DNA from: Paracoccaceae bacterium
GTDB taxonomy: Bacteria > Pseudomonadota > Alphaproteobacteria > Rhodobacterales > Rhodobacteraceae
DNA: 64,000 nucleotides
NCBI GenBank assembly: GCA_031412255.1
Contig: JANOCQ010000319.1
Location: 2,778-66,777 of the forward strand
Direction: 5' to 3'
The translations under genes and the position numbers were made by a program. Position 1 is the first letter of the stretch; every line of letters starts with the position of its first letter. The notes under the pieces were generated by a model. That model was not told where the DNA came from, did not search any database, and worked only from the letters and a program-made list of their open reading frames with translations. This document shows positions 31,691-40,654 of the stretch, one piece after another.

Positions 31691-32884
31691 ATGGCGGAGG
31701 GCTTGTTCTGGGCAGTGGCCATCGGGCTGGCGGCGGTGGTCGCTTTCGTGCTGATCAGCGCGCTACGCCGGGTTCCCCCGCCAAGCGCCACGGGTGAGGC
31801 CGACATGGCGGTCTACCGCGACCAGCTTGCGGAAATTGACCGGGATCTTGCGCGTGGGACCATCGCTGCGGACGAAGCGACAAGGCTGCGGGCCGAGGTG
31901 GGCAAGCGGGTGATCGATGCGGACCGGACGCGCGGCGCGGGCGACCTTGCGGGGACCGGGACGTCGCTTGCGGTGGTGGTTGTCTTGATCTTTGCGGTAG
32001 TCGTACCGGGCGGCGTCGCCGGCTATTGGTGGCTGGGTGCGCCGGGATACCCGGACATGGCCCTGAAGGAGCGGCTGGCCACGCTTGACGCGGGTATCAA
32101 GAGCCGCCCGTCCCAAGAGGCAGAACTGGCGCGGCTGGGCGCAGCGCGCGATGCGAAGCTGGACTCACAGCTGGCGACCGAGCTTGCGGCGATGGCCGAT
32201 GTCGAAGTGTTGCGGGCACGTTTTCGGACCGAGTTCGAGGCGGGCCGGACACAGGCCGCCGTGCGCGTGCAGGAGCGTATCCTGGAATTGCAGGGCGAGG
32301 CGGCGTCGGGAAATGATCATGCCAACCTGGCGCTTGCCCTGGTGGCCGAGGCGCAGGGATATGTCTCGCCCGAGGCAGAGACCGCGCTGCGCGCAACCTT
32401 GCAGCGTGACATGAGCAACGAATTGGCCCGCTATCTGGTGGGAGAGATGTTCCTTCAGGGCGGGCGCTATGACCAGACCTTCCGTTTCTGGCGTCCATTG
32501 GCTGAAGGGGGCGATCCTGCTGCGCCCTGGACTGAGTCGATCCGAGAGCGGATCAGCGAGGTCGCAGAACTGGCCGGCGTGAACTACGCGGCCCCCGAGG
32601 CGGGCCCCGGTCCCACGGCGGGGGATGTTGCGGCGGCGGAGGAGATGACGCCCGAAGAACGCCAGGCGATGATCGAAGGAATGGTGGCGCAGCTGTCGGA
32701 CCGGCTGGCGACCGAGGGCGGCGATATCGAGGACTGGAATCGTCTGATCCGGTCGCTGGCGATCCTGGAGCGGTTGCCCGACGCGCAGAAGATTTACGAC
32801 GAAGCCAAGGTCCGTTTCCAAGGCCGCCCCGCAGAGTTGTCATTCCTGAGGCTGGCTGCGGTCGAGACGGGGTTGAACCCGTGA
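31691..32884 (+). CDS. ccmI: c-type cytochrome biogenesis protein CcmI/CycH
   Basis: [27 protein letters not shown] region, [14 protein letters not shown]-terminus. Confidence 0.88.
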   Translation: MAEGLFWAVAIGLAAVVAFVLISALRRVPPPSATGEADMAVYRDQLAEIDRDLARGTIAADEATRLRAEVGKRVIDADRTRGAGDLAGTGTSLAVVVVLIFAVVVPGGVAGYWWLGAPGYPDMALKERLATLDAGIKSRPSQEAELARLGAARDAKLDSQLATELAAMADVEVLRARFRTEFEAGRTQAAVRVQERILELQGEAASGNDHANLALALVAEAQGYVSPEAETALRATLQRDMSNELARYLVGEMFLQGGRYDQTFRFWRPLAEGGDPAAPWTESIRERISEVAELAGVNYAAPEAGPGPTAGDVAAAEEMTPEERQAMIEGMVAQLSDRLATEGGDIEDWNRLIRSLAILERLPDAQKIYDEAKVRFQGRPAELSFLRLAAVETGLNP

Positions 32885-33354
32885 TCTGCGCCACTGTGGA
32901 AGAGTTTCTGGCCGCCCTGCCTTTGAACCGGGCCATCGCCGGGCTGGACCTTGGCGACAAGACCATCGGCGTGGCGCTGTCGGACCTGCGGCGGCAGGTG
33001 GCGACACCGATTGAAGTGATCCGTCGCGAGAAGTTCACCATCGATGCGGGCAAGCTGCTGACGCTTCTGGGGGCGCGCGGGGCGTTCGGGATCGTGCTGG
33101 GATTGCCGTTGAACATGGACGGGTCCGCGGGTCCCCGCGTTCAGGCAACGCAGGCTTTCGCGCGGAATCTGGAGAAGCTGTGCGCGCTGCCGATCTGCTA
33201 CTGGGACGAGCGGTTGTCGACGGTTGCGGCAGAAAGAGCTCTCCTTGAGGCGGATACGTCGCGAAAGCGTCGGAAAGAGGTGATCGACCAGGTGGCTGCG
33301 GGCTATATCCTGCAAGGCGCGCTGGACCGGATGGCGCATCTTGCCAGAACTTGA
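32881..33354 (+). CDS. ruvX: YqgF/RuvX nuclease
   Basis: [41 protein letters not shown]. Confidence 0.95.
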   Translation: MICATVEEFLAALPLNRAIAGLDLGDKTIGVALSDLRRQVATPIEVIRREKFTIDAGKLLTLLGARGAFGIVLGLPLNMDGSAGPRVQATQAFARNLEKLCALPICYWDERLSTVAAERALLEADTSRKRRKEVIDQVAAGYILQGALDRMAHLART

Positions 33355-33601
33355 CCGCGAGGCTGACCCTGTGAAGGACGACGTCTGGAAACGCGACGAA
33401 ATCGCCTCGCCTTGCGTGAAGCTTTGCGTCGTCCATCCCGAAGCGCGCATCTGCGTCGGCTGCTTCCGGTCGATCGACGAGATTTCCGGCTGGTCGCGGA
33501 TGACGCATGAGGAACGGGCAGCGGTGATGGCAGAACTGCCCGCACGCGCGCCCCGGCTGGCGACGCGCCGTGGCGGGCGGATGGCCCGGCTGGAGCGCTA
33601 G
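33341..33601 (+). CDS. DUF1289 Cys-rich small protein (start may be GTG at 33371)
   Basis: SPCVKLC....[13 protein letters not shown] motif. Confidence 0.85.
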   Translation: MPELDREADPVKDDVWKRDEIASPCVKLCVVHPEARICVGCFRSIDEISGWSRMTHEERAAVMAELPARAPRLATRRGGRMARLER

Positions 33602-33653
33602 GAAAGCAGAGTTCCTGAGGGCGCCAGCGCCGGACTTCGCCCGCTGGTCTGTA

Positions 33654-33702
33654 CGGGTTTCACCCGCAAACCCCGGGATAGTTGTGGACAGAAGATCAGG
33701 GG
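33654..33702 (+). repeat. Dispersed repeat family C
   Basis: caaaccccgggatagttgtggacagaagatcagg resembles the 6587 and 45644 copies. Confidence 0.5.
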
Positions 33703-34436
33703 CGTGTCAGCCAGGCTTCGACCGATGCGAGCTGCGGACGAAGATAGGCGATCATCCGGCCCTCGGGTGGTGCCGTGTCCTCTGGCTTCCAGGCTGCGAC
33801 GCCATGGAGCGAGAGGCGGTGAAGAAGTGTGGCTTCTCCGGGTCGGACGGGAAGCTCGATGCGGCGGCAGGTGCGGAATACTTCTCGGCGGGCTTTTTGG
33901 TAGGGCTCGGTGATGTCGATGTCGCCCCAGGTCGTCGGCGGGTAAGGCGCGAGGGCCTGAAGAAGGGCTGCACGAAGGAGTTTGTGGCTCCCCTCCCATA
34001 CGGTAAGCGGCGAGGCCGCGGTATCGTTCAGGGCCAAGCCGAGAATCCAGGCGTGGGGCTCCTTGACCATGCGGCGCTTGTCAGGGCCGACGGGGAGAAG
34101 GCCGTCGAGATGGGCGGCGTCACGGCTGTGCCGGTAGGCGAAGGCGGCGGGTGTTTCCTCGGGTGAGGGTTGTGGGTAGCCAGGTCGGATGACCGAAAGT
34201 TGGGCCTGATGCAGCGGTTCGGGCGTGAGCGGCAGCGCTGTCCACGGAAAAGGGGTGCCATTGATCGCGCCGTCCGGCGTATTCGGCAGCGCGTCGACCC
34301 CGACGAACCAGGTGCCACCGCAGCGCCAATCCTCGGTTGTGGTGGCGAGGGTATCGCGGGCGGCGGCACGCGCGGCGGCGGCCCAGGCGCCTATGGCGGG
34401 GTGAGGGCCGATCCTCTGCCAGCCATCACCTACCAT
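33696..34436 (-). CDS. Conserved-type hypothetical protein, possibly PhyH/2OG-Fe(II)-like fold
   Basis: Coding-like ORF coupled to tauE. DAAHLDG, LTVWEGSH and LHRLSLHGVA pattern. Confidence 0.6.
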   Translation of the reverse strand: MVGDGWQRIGPHPAIGAWAAAARAAARDTLATTTEDWRCGGTWFVGVDALPNTPDGAINGTPFPWTALPLTPEPLHQAQLSVIRPGYPQPSPEETPAAFAYRHSRDAAHLDGLLPVGPDKRRMVKEPHAWILGLALNDTAASPLTVWEGSHKLLRAALLQALAPYPPTTWGDIDITEPYQKARREVFRTCRRIELPVRPGEATLLHRLSLHGVAAWKPEDTAPPEGRMIAYLRPQLASVEAWLTRP

Positions 34437-35248
34437 CCCAGGACCTTGCGCAGCATGTTCAGCGCCACCAGCGTCAGGAAAACGGCGAAGGCGCGCTTCA
34501 GGGGTTTGGGGTTCATTGCGTGGGCAAGCCGCACGCCCAGCGGCGTGGTCAGCAGCGTGGTGCCGATGACGACGAGGAAGGCGGGGAGGTTGACGGCACC
34601 GATGGTGTAGGGAGGAGCGTCAGTGACCGGCAGGAGGAGGAAGCCGAGGACCGAGGGCACGGCAATCAGGACGCCGAAGCCCGAAGCGGTCGCGACGGCG
34701 CGGTGGATCGGCAAGCCGTAGAGCGTCAGCAAAGGGACGCCAAAAGTGCCGCCGCCGATGCCCATCATCGCGGAAAAGAAGCCGACGGTCCCCGCAAGAA
34801 GGCTACGGACAGGCTGGCTGGGCATCTGGTCGCCCAGGCGCCAGGCGTCGCGACCGAACGCCATCCAGAGACCCGCGAGGCCGGCGAGGGCGCCAAACAC
34901 GGCCTGAAGCGTCAGCGACGAGACCTTGCCCGCGACAAAAGTGCCCACGGCGGCGGCAATCACCAAGGTCGGACCCCAGGTCTTCAGCACGTCCCAGTCG
35001 ACCGCGCCCTTCTTGTTATGCGCCGAGACCGACCGCAGCGAGGTGATGACGATGGTTGCCATCGAGGTCGCGACACAGACCTGCATCAGTTGGTCGCCGC
35101 CGTAGCCGAGGTGGCCGAAAGCGTAGAAGAAAGCTGGCACCAGCACGATCCCACCCCCGACGCCAAGGAGACCGCCGACGACCCCGGCGAAAGCTCCGAT
35201 CACCACAAGGGCGGCGACCATCGGAAGAAGAGTGGCGAGTTCTGGCAT
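34430..35248 (-). CDS. Sulfite exporter TauE/SafE family
   Basis: GLLGVGGGIVLVP and SAMMGIGGGTFGVP internal repeat, multi-TM. Confidence 0.9.
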   Translation of the reverse strand: MPELATLLPMVAALVVIGAFAGVVGGLLGVGGGIVLVPAFFYAFGHLGYGGDQLMQVCVATSMATIVITSLRSVSAHNKKGAVDWDVLKTWGPTLVIAAAVGTFVAGKVSSLTLQAVFGALAGLAGLWMAFGRDAWRLGDQMPSQPVRSLLAGTVGFFSAMMGIGGGTFGVPLLTLYGLPIHRAVATASGFGVLIAVPSVLGFLLLPVTDAPPYTIGAVNLPAFLVVIGTTLLTTPLGVRLAHAMNPKPLKRAFAVFLTLVALNMLRKVLGW

Positions 35249-35415
35249 GGAACACCTTCGGGATTGGCTTTGGGGACATAGCCTGAGGATCCGCTGGAGG
35301 CCAGTGTCGAAAGGGGATGGCAAACCTGGATACCGAATGGTATGCAGCGCGTCCAACGCGCGAGTCGGGGTGCTACCCTGCCCCACCGGCGACACCGTAT
35401 TTCACAGGTTTCCAA

Positions 35416-36609
35416 ATGTCTGACCGTATTCTGCGCCCGGCGCTGGTGCTGGGATTATTGTCGTCGATCGGCCCCTTCGCCATTGACATGTATCTGCCCG
35501 CGATGCCCGAGATCGGAGCCGCTCTTGGCACCACGGTGCAAGGGATGCAGGGCACCATCGTGGCCTATTTCATCGCCTTTGGCTTGGCCCAGCTGATCTA
35601 TGGCCCCTGGGCCGACAGGTCGGGCCGGAAGCCGCCGCTTTATGCGGGGATTGCAGTCTTCATCATCGGCTCGCTGGTCTGCACCTTTGCGCCGACGGTG
35701 GAATGGCTGCTGGTCGGCCGCGCGATCCAGGGTCTGGGTGGAGCCGCACTTATGGTCGTGCCACGCGCGATCATCCGCGACCTTTACACCGGGCCACAGG
35801 CGACAAGGCTGATGGCGGCGGTGATGATGGTGATCTCGGTCTCGCCCATGCTGGCGCCGCTTGCAGGATCGGGGCTGATGGCGGTGGTCGGTTGGCGCTG
35901 GATCTTCGGGGCGCTTGTCGTCGCCGCCGTCGCAAGCCTGACGATCCTGGCGCTGTTCCAGCCCGAGACGCTGCATGAGAAGGACCGCCAGCCGTTCAAC
36001 CTCTCTGCGATGCGCCGTGGGGCGGCGGTGCTGTTCACCGACCCATTGTTCATGGGGCTGACCTTTCTGGGCGGTTTCGGGATGGCGAGCTTCTTCGTCT
36101 TCATCGCCAGCGCGAGCTTCGTCTACACCGGGACCTTCGGCCTGTCGCCGACGGGGTTTTCGCTGGCCTTCGCAGTCAACGCGATCGGCTTCTTCGGAGC
36201 CTCGCAGGTGGCTGGACCTTTGGGAATGCGGCATGGCGCGCCCAAGGTGATGGCCTGGGCCTCCTCCGGGTTCGCGTTCTTCACGGTGCTTCTTTTCGCT
36301 TTAGCGCTGGCGGGGTTCGTGAGCTTGTGGCTTTGCATGGCGGGATTGTTCCTGGCAAACGCCTGCCTGGGACTGATCATCCCGACGGCGATGGTGATGG
36401 CGCTGGACGAACATGGCGACATCGCGGGCCTCGCTTCGTCCTTGGGCGGCACGCTGCAGATGCTGGCGGGCGGGCTGATGATCGTCGCGGTGGGGCCCTT
36501 CTTCGACGGGACGGCCACGCCGATGCTGGGGGCGATCGCTCTCTGCGGCGTGCTGGTGCTGGCGTTATCGCGACTGGTGCGGTCGCGTCAGGCGGCAGCG
36601 CTGGCCTGA
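35416..36609 (+). CDS. Bcr/CflA MFS multidrug efflux transporter
   Basis: AIDMYLPAMP, GPWADRSGRKP, RAIIRDLY, SPMLAPLAG. Confidence 0.92.
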   Translation: MSDRILRPALVLGLLSSIGPFAIDMYLPAMPEIGAALGTTVQGMQGTIVAYFIAFGLAQLIYGPWADRSGRKPPLYAGIAVFIIGSLVCTFAPTVEWLLVGRAIQGLGGAALMVVPRAIIRDLYTGPQATRLMAAVMMVISVSPMLAPLAGSGLMAVVGWRWIFGALVVAAVASLTILALFQPETLHEKDRQPFNLSAMRRGAAVLFTDPLFMGLTFLGGFGMASFFVFIASASFVYTGTFGLSPTGFSLAFAVNAIGFFGASQVAGPLGMRHGAPKVMAWASSGFAFFTVLLFALALAGFVSLWLCMAGLFLANACLGLIIPTAMVMALDEHGDIAGLASSLGGTLQMLAGGLMIVAVGPFFDGTATPMLGAIALCGVLVLALSRLVRSRQAAALA

Positions 36610-37577
36610 AGCTCGGCCAGGGCTGCGTCCAGCACCTCCAGCCCTGCTCCGGTGCGTGAGGCCCGTTCGGACAGAACCCGGCGCCAACCCCTGGCGCCGG
36701 GTTTTCCCGTGAAGAGGCCCAGCATGTGGCGGGTGATCTGGTGCAGACGGCCGCCTTGCGCGAGGTGCTCGGCAATGTAGGGGCGCATGCTGTCGATCAC
36801 GGCAAAGGCGTCAGGCGCGAAGTCATCCTCCCAAAGCCCGTCGGCACCGATCAGGACCGATGCCGGGTCGTGATAGGCCGCGCGCCCGATCATCACTCCG
36901 TCGAGTCCTTCATCCAATAGCGTTCTTACCTGGTCCAGCGTGGTGATCCCACCGTTGACGCAGATCGTGAGGTCGGGAAAACGTTGCTTCATCCGCAGCA
37001 CAAGGGCGCGATCAAGGGGCGGAATTTCGCGGTTTTCCTTGGGGCTGAGCCCTTTGAGCCAGGCCTTGCGGGCGTGGACGATGACGTGGCGGACCCCTGC
37101 CCCGGCCAAGGTTTCGATGAACTGCGGCAGGACCGTTTCAGGGTCCTGATCATCGACACCGATGCGGCATTTGACCGTGACGGGAGCGTCGGTTTCAGCC
37201 TGCATCGCGCGGACGCAGTCTGCGACGAGATCGGGCCGTTCCATCAGCACCGCACCGAAGCAGCCGGACTGCACCCGGTCCGAGGGGCAGCCGCAGTTCA
37301 GGTTGATCTCGTCGTAGGACCAGGGGCCTGCGATGCGGACCGCAGCCGCCAGTTCGGCGGGATCGGAGCCGCCGAGTTGCAGTGCGAGAGGGTGTTCGCC
37401 AGGGCAGTAGTCCAGAAGCCGCGGCCTAGGCCCGTGGACGATGGCAGGGGCTGTGACCATCTCGGTATAAAGCATCGCCCGCCGCGTCATCTGACGGTGG
37501 AAGATGCGGCAGTGCCGGTCCGTCCAATCCATCATGGGCGCGACAGAGAGGCGGTAAGCGGCGGCAGAAGCGGACAT
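36588..37577 (-). CDS. dusA: tRNA-dihydrouridine synthase A (start approximate)
   Basis: SVAPMMDWTDRHCR, QLGGSDP, INLNCGCPSDRVQSGCFGA, HARKAWLKGLSPKENR. Confidence 0.95.
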   Translation of the reverse strand: MSASAAAYRLSVAPMMDWTDRHCRIFHRQMTRRAMLYTEMVTAPAIVHGPRPRLLDYCPGEHPLALQLGGSDPAELAAAVRIAGPWSYDEINLNCGCPSDRVQSGCFGAVLMERPDLVADCVRAMQAETDAPVTVKCRIGVDDQDPETVLPQFIETLAGAGVRHVIVHARKAWLKGLSPKENREIPPLDRALVLRMKQRFPDLTICVNGGITTLDQVRTLLDEGLDGVMIGRAAYHDPASVLIGADGLWEDDFAPDAFAVIDSMRPYIAEHLAQGGRLHQITRHMLGLFTGKPGARGWRRVLSERASRTGAGLEVLDAALAELQASAAA

Positions 37578-37923
37578 TCCTTGTTTTTCCGTGTCTTGGT
37601 CAGAACTCGTCATGCCTTGTTCGTCATTGGAACCCCTCTGGGGAGTGAACGTGCCCAGTTGGGGCTGCCACAGAGATGGGGCCGGTTGGCTCTAACGTAA
37701 GCGCGGAGGCTCCGATTGCATATCGCATACAAGGCGAAGCTGCTGGGGCGCAAGGACGGAAAAAGGTGGCGCGGACGCTCTGCTGTCACGGCCCTTGGGC
37801 TGCGGTTCCAGCGGACTTTGGCCCAGTCACGATCCTGATCAACAAGCCCAGCATAATGCGCCGCTTGCGAGGCCCGTCTTGCACATTGGGGCAGAGCCGT
37901 GGCGGAATGCAGGCTGGATAAAG

Positions 37924-37963
37924 ATGAACCGAAAATGAACGGCAGGTTCTCACCACATTAAAC
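37924..37963 (+). promoter_or_regulatory. 40-bp promoter motif copy 1: ATGAAC-N5-ATGAAC-N4-GGTTCTC-N-CC-N3-TTAAAC
   Basis: Same spacing and 31/40 identity (counted by eye) to the minus-strand copy at 39375-39414. The 11-bp direct-repeat period is typical of OmpR/PhoB boxes. Confidence 0.75.
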
Positions 37964-38043
37964 AAGGATTTGGCACAGTGATTCCAAGATGAGTCGCAAT
38001 CCGCCGGCAAGAGCGAACGACCAGTGTATCTGTGGGGGAAGTC

Positions 38044-38235
38044 ATGCTGCGTTCGACGACCGAGGAAAATCGCCTGTACCTGACTGCCGACCTGCGGGCC
38101 TTTGATGGCCAGCCGCTTCAGAAACGCCAGAAATCCTCGGGCAGCATGTTCCCCGCGGATCTGAAGCGGTTCCCGCCGGTCGAGGACGTCGTCGCCGTCC
38201 TTGACCGGATTGCTTCTCGGGCTTTTGCCGCCTGA
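38044..38235 (+). CDS. Small hypothetical protein (63 aa)
   Basis: SD gggggaag, conserved promoter upstream, strong terminator downstream. Confidence 0.6.
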   Translation: MLRSTTEENRLYLTADLRAFDGQPLQKRQKSSGSMFPADLKRFPPVEDVVAVLDRIASRAFAA

Positions 38236-38261
38236 GGTTCTCCGTTCTCCGTTGCGAAGGG

Positions 38262-38295
38262 AAAGGCCACCCGGTTTCGGGTGGCCTTTTCTTTT
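38262..38295 (+). terminator. Intrinsic terminator after the small ORF
   Basis: aaaggccacccg-gttt-cgggtggccttt followed by tctttt. Confidence 0.85.
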
Positions 38296-38331
38296 GGCGT
38301 GAAACTTCCTGCCATCCGCGTGCGGTCGTGC

Positions 38332-38366
38332 ACAAAGCAAAACGGCCGGCGCAATGCCGGCCGTTT
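38332..38366 (-). terminator. Intrinsic terminator after the (NGGG)n protein gene
   Basis: Minus strand aaacggccggc-attgc-gccggccgttt followed by tgctttgtg. Confidence 0.75.
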
Positions 38367-38383
38367 CAGAATCTTAGCTCGGA

Positions 38384-39280
38384 TCAGAGGCCGAGAAGCT
38401 TCTTCACTGCTGCTTCAACCTCGGGGGTGACCTCTTTGTTCGCTGCGGCATCCAGAAGCGAGGTTTCCAGTTCGGGCTGGTCTTCGACCTTCTGGGTCAG
38501 GTCGGCAACATCGCCCTCAAGCGTTTCGTAGGCGACGGCACCATCGTATTCTGCCTGGAGCGCGGCCTCCGCCTGCTCTGCATCGTCCAGCGTGCCAAGT
38601 GCCGCGTCGAGGTCTGTCTGCAGCTGATTGACCAGCGCAATGTCAGTCGGATCGGCCGCCGCCAGATCGGCTTCCAGCCCGTCCACGATATCCGAAGCGG
38701 TCGCAGTCTCTTCCGCAGCCAAGTCGAGATCGGTCTTCACCAGTTCAGAGCTGCGCGCCGGCGGATCAAGCAGATCCAGTGCGGCCTGCTTCGTTGCGAG
38801 TTCCTCGACCAGAAGCTCGCCGGCGACGACCGCATCGCGATAGGCAGCGATCTTGCCGACGCGGGAATTCGGCGAGGCGTTCTTCAGGGCATTCTCGTTG
38901 GCATGCGCGGCGTTCAGAGCGCCCAGTTCCGACGGATGGACGCCCAGCTCAGCAGCCAAGTCCTTCTTCTTCGGCTTCGCCTTCGCCTTTACCGTGGTCT
39001 TGGCTTTCTCTTTCGTTTTCGACTTGACGCTGTCGCCGCCGGACTTCTTGTCCGATTTCTCGGCCTTGCCGTTGCCGCCGCCGGACTTGTCAGAGTTTCC
39101 GCCGCCATTTCCGCCGCCATTTCCGCCGCCGTTCCCGCCGCCGTTGCCACCGCCGTTGTCGTTGCCCGACTTGGCATAGGCCACGTCCGGCATCGACACG
39201 GCTGCGACGATGGCGACCGAGCCCAGAAGGGCAACCGAAAGCGAGCAGGCTTTCAGCATTTGCAGGGACATCTTCTTCAT
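38384..39280 (-). CDS. Exported protein with (NGGG)5, Lys-rich segment, GALNAAHA/SPNSRVG core and acidic helical C-terminus
   Basis: Signal peptide ending VAYA, SD gagg, own promoter and terminator. Confidence 0.8.
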   Translation of the reverse strand: MKKMSLQMLKACSLSVALLGSVAIVAAVSMPDVAYAKSGNDNGGGNGGGNGGGNGGGNGGGNSDKSGGGNGKAEKSDKKSGGDSVKSKTKEKAKTTVKAKAKPKKKDLAAELGVHPSELGALNAAHANENALKNASPNSRVGKIAAYRDAVVAGELLVEELATKQAALDLLDPPARSSELVKTDLDLAAEETATASDIVDGLEADLAAADPTDIALVNQLQTDLDAALGTLDDAEQAEAALQAEYDGAVAYETLEGDVADLTQKVEDQPELETSLLDAAANKEVTPEVEAAVKKLLGL

Positions 39281-39303
39281 CTCGTACCTCTGGTAATGGG
39301 AGC

Positions 39304-39349
39304 GACCGGCGACTTGGTTTCCGCATGGAAAGGAACCGAGTCGCCGGTC
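39304..39349 (-). other. Long hairpin in the predicted 5' leader of the (NGGG)n gene
   Basis: Perfect 11-bp outer stem gaccggcgact/agtcgccggtc plus inner pairing. Confidence 0.6.
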
Positions 39350-39374
39350 CATGCAAGCATTAGACACCACCCGC

Positions 39375-39414
39375 GTTTAACTCGGCGAGAACCGGTCGTT
39401 CATCTTGAGTTCAT
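39375..39414 (-). promoter_or_regulatory. 40-bp promoter motif copy 2
   Basis: Minus strand ATGAACtcaagATGAACgaccGGTTCTCgCCgagTTAAAC, in the divergent gap before the PepSY-RR-HK operon. Confidence 0.75.
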
Positions 39415-39437
39415 ATCAAATCTGCTAGATCGGCTTC

Positions 39438-39950
39438 ATGAAAATGGCTCGCACCATAGTCCTTGCGTCGATGCTCGCTTTGTCGGGGCCCAGTCTTGCC
39501 GCCACGGTGCGCGAGCTGGACGCTGCGGAACTGCGCCAGGCGGCACGGTCTGGGGATCTGATCAGCCTCAAGCGGGTGATCGAATCTGTTGCGAAATCCA
39601 CTGGTGGAGAGCCGATCGAGGCTCGCGCCTTCGCGGTCGAGGATGTGTTCTACAGAATTGTTCTGAAGAAGACGGATGGATCGGTCATCAGCATCATCTT
39701 CAACGCCCGCACCGGCGAGCAGGTTGGCAAGAATTCCGCGATCGGCAGGAATCTGGCCGCCGCTGCCGAGGGTGGCAAGGGCAAAGACAAGGCCTCGAAG
39801 AGCAAATCCGACCGGGCCAAAGGTGCCGGCTCTGCTGGAGGCGGCTCGGGCAACAATGGCGGCGGAAATGGCGGCGGGAACGGTGGCGGCGGGGGCAGTG
39901 GCAACGGCGGCAACGGCGGCAACGGCGGCAACGGTGGCGGAAAGAACTGA
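39438..39950 (+). CDS. Exported PepSY-like protein with Gly/Asn-rich tail
   Basis: Signal peptide (GPSLA), LRQAARSGDLISL..VI, IEAR, YRIVL...DGSV..IIFNARTG, tail GGGNGGGN. Confidence 0.75.
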   Translation: MKMARTIVLASMLALSGPSLAATVRELDAAELRQAARSGDLISLKRVIESVAKSTGGEPIEARAFAVEDVFYRIVLKKTDGSVISIIFNARTGEQVGKNSAIGRNLAAAAEGGKGKDKASKSKSDRAKGAGSAGGGSGNNGGGNGGGNGGGGGSGNGGNGGNGGNGGGKN

Positions 39951-39994
39951 TCACCGCCATAATTGTTGCCAGATTCGCCTGTAATCCGTGACCC

Positions 39995-40654
39995 ATGAGA
40001 ATTCTTCTTGCTGAAGACGAAGTGGTCCTCTGTGACCAGATCAAGCGCCTCCTCTCGGCCGAGGGGCGTATCGTCGATGTTGCCCATGACGGGCAGGAAG
40101 CCGGCTTTCTGGGTTCTACCGAACCTTATGACATGATCATCCTCGACATCGGATTGCCGATCCGCGACGGGATCTCGATCTTGAAGGAATGGCGTGCGAC
40201 CGGGGTGAAGACGCCGGTGCTTATCCTGACTGCCCGGGACGGCTGGTCCGATCGCGTCGACGGGCTGGATGCCGGCGCCGACGATTATCTGACGAAGCCC
40301 TTCCACCTCCCCGAACTGGCTGCACGGGTGCGCGCGGCACTGCGCCGCAGCTCTGGACGAACCAATCCGCTGTTCGAGCGCGGCGGCGTGGTGTTCGACA
40401 CCCGACACGGGCGTGCCACAGTGGATGGGGTGCCGGTGGATCTCACCTCGCAGGAGGTCGCAGTCCTGACCTATCTCATCCACAATGCCGGGCGCCTGAT
40501 TTCCCGGACCGAATTGTCGGAACATATCTATGAGTATGACGGCGACCGCGATTCCAACACCATCGCCGTGTTCATCAATCGGCTGCGAAAGAAGCTTGGG
40601 CCGGACCTGATCCAGACCATGCGTGGCCGCGGATACATGATCGACGCCCCCTGA
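39995..40654 (+). CDS. OmpR-family response regulator (QseB/PmrA/BqsR-like)
   Basis: LLAEDE, LDIGLP..DG, DDYLTKPF and winged helix SNTIAVFINRLRKKLG. Confidence 0.95.
   Translation: MRILLAEDEVVLCDQIKRLLSAEGRIVDVAHDGQEAGFLGSTEPYDMIILDIGLPIRDGISILKEWRATGVKTPVLILTARDGWSDRVDGLDAGADDYLTKPFHLPELAARVRAALRRSSGRTNPLFERGGVVFDTRHGRATVDGVPVDLTSQEVAVLTYLIHNAGRLISRTELSEHIYEYDGDRDSNTIAVFINRLRKKLGPDLIQTMRGRGYMIDAP

Noticed and set aside
36588-36609. 22-bp convergent overlap of the Bcr transporter and dusA
   Set aside because: Short convergent overlaps are common and nothing here indicates antisense regulation.
37971-37985. Sigma54 promoter-like TGGCAC..TTCC
   Set aside because: The -12 position reads CC rather than the near-invariant GC, and the upstream duplicated motif explains the promoter better.
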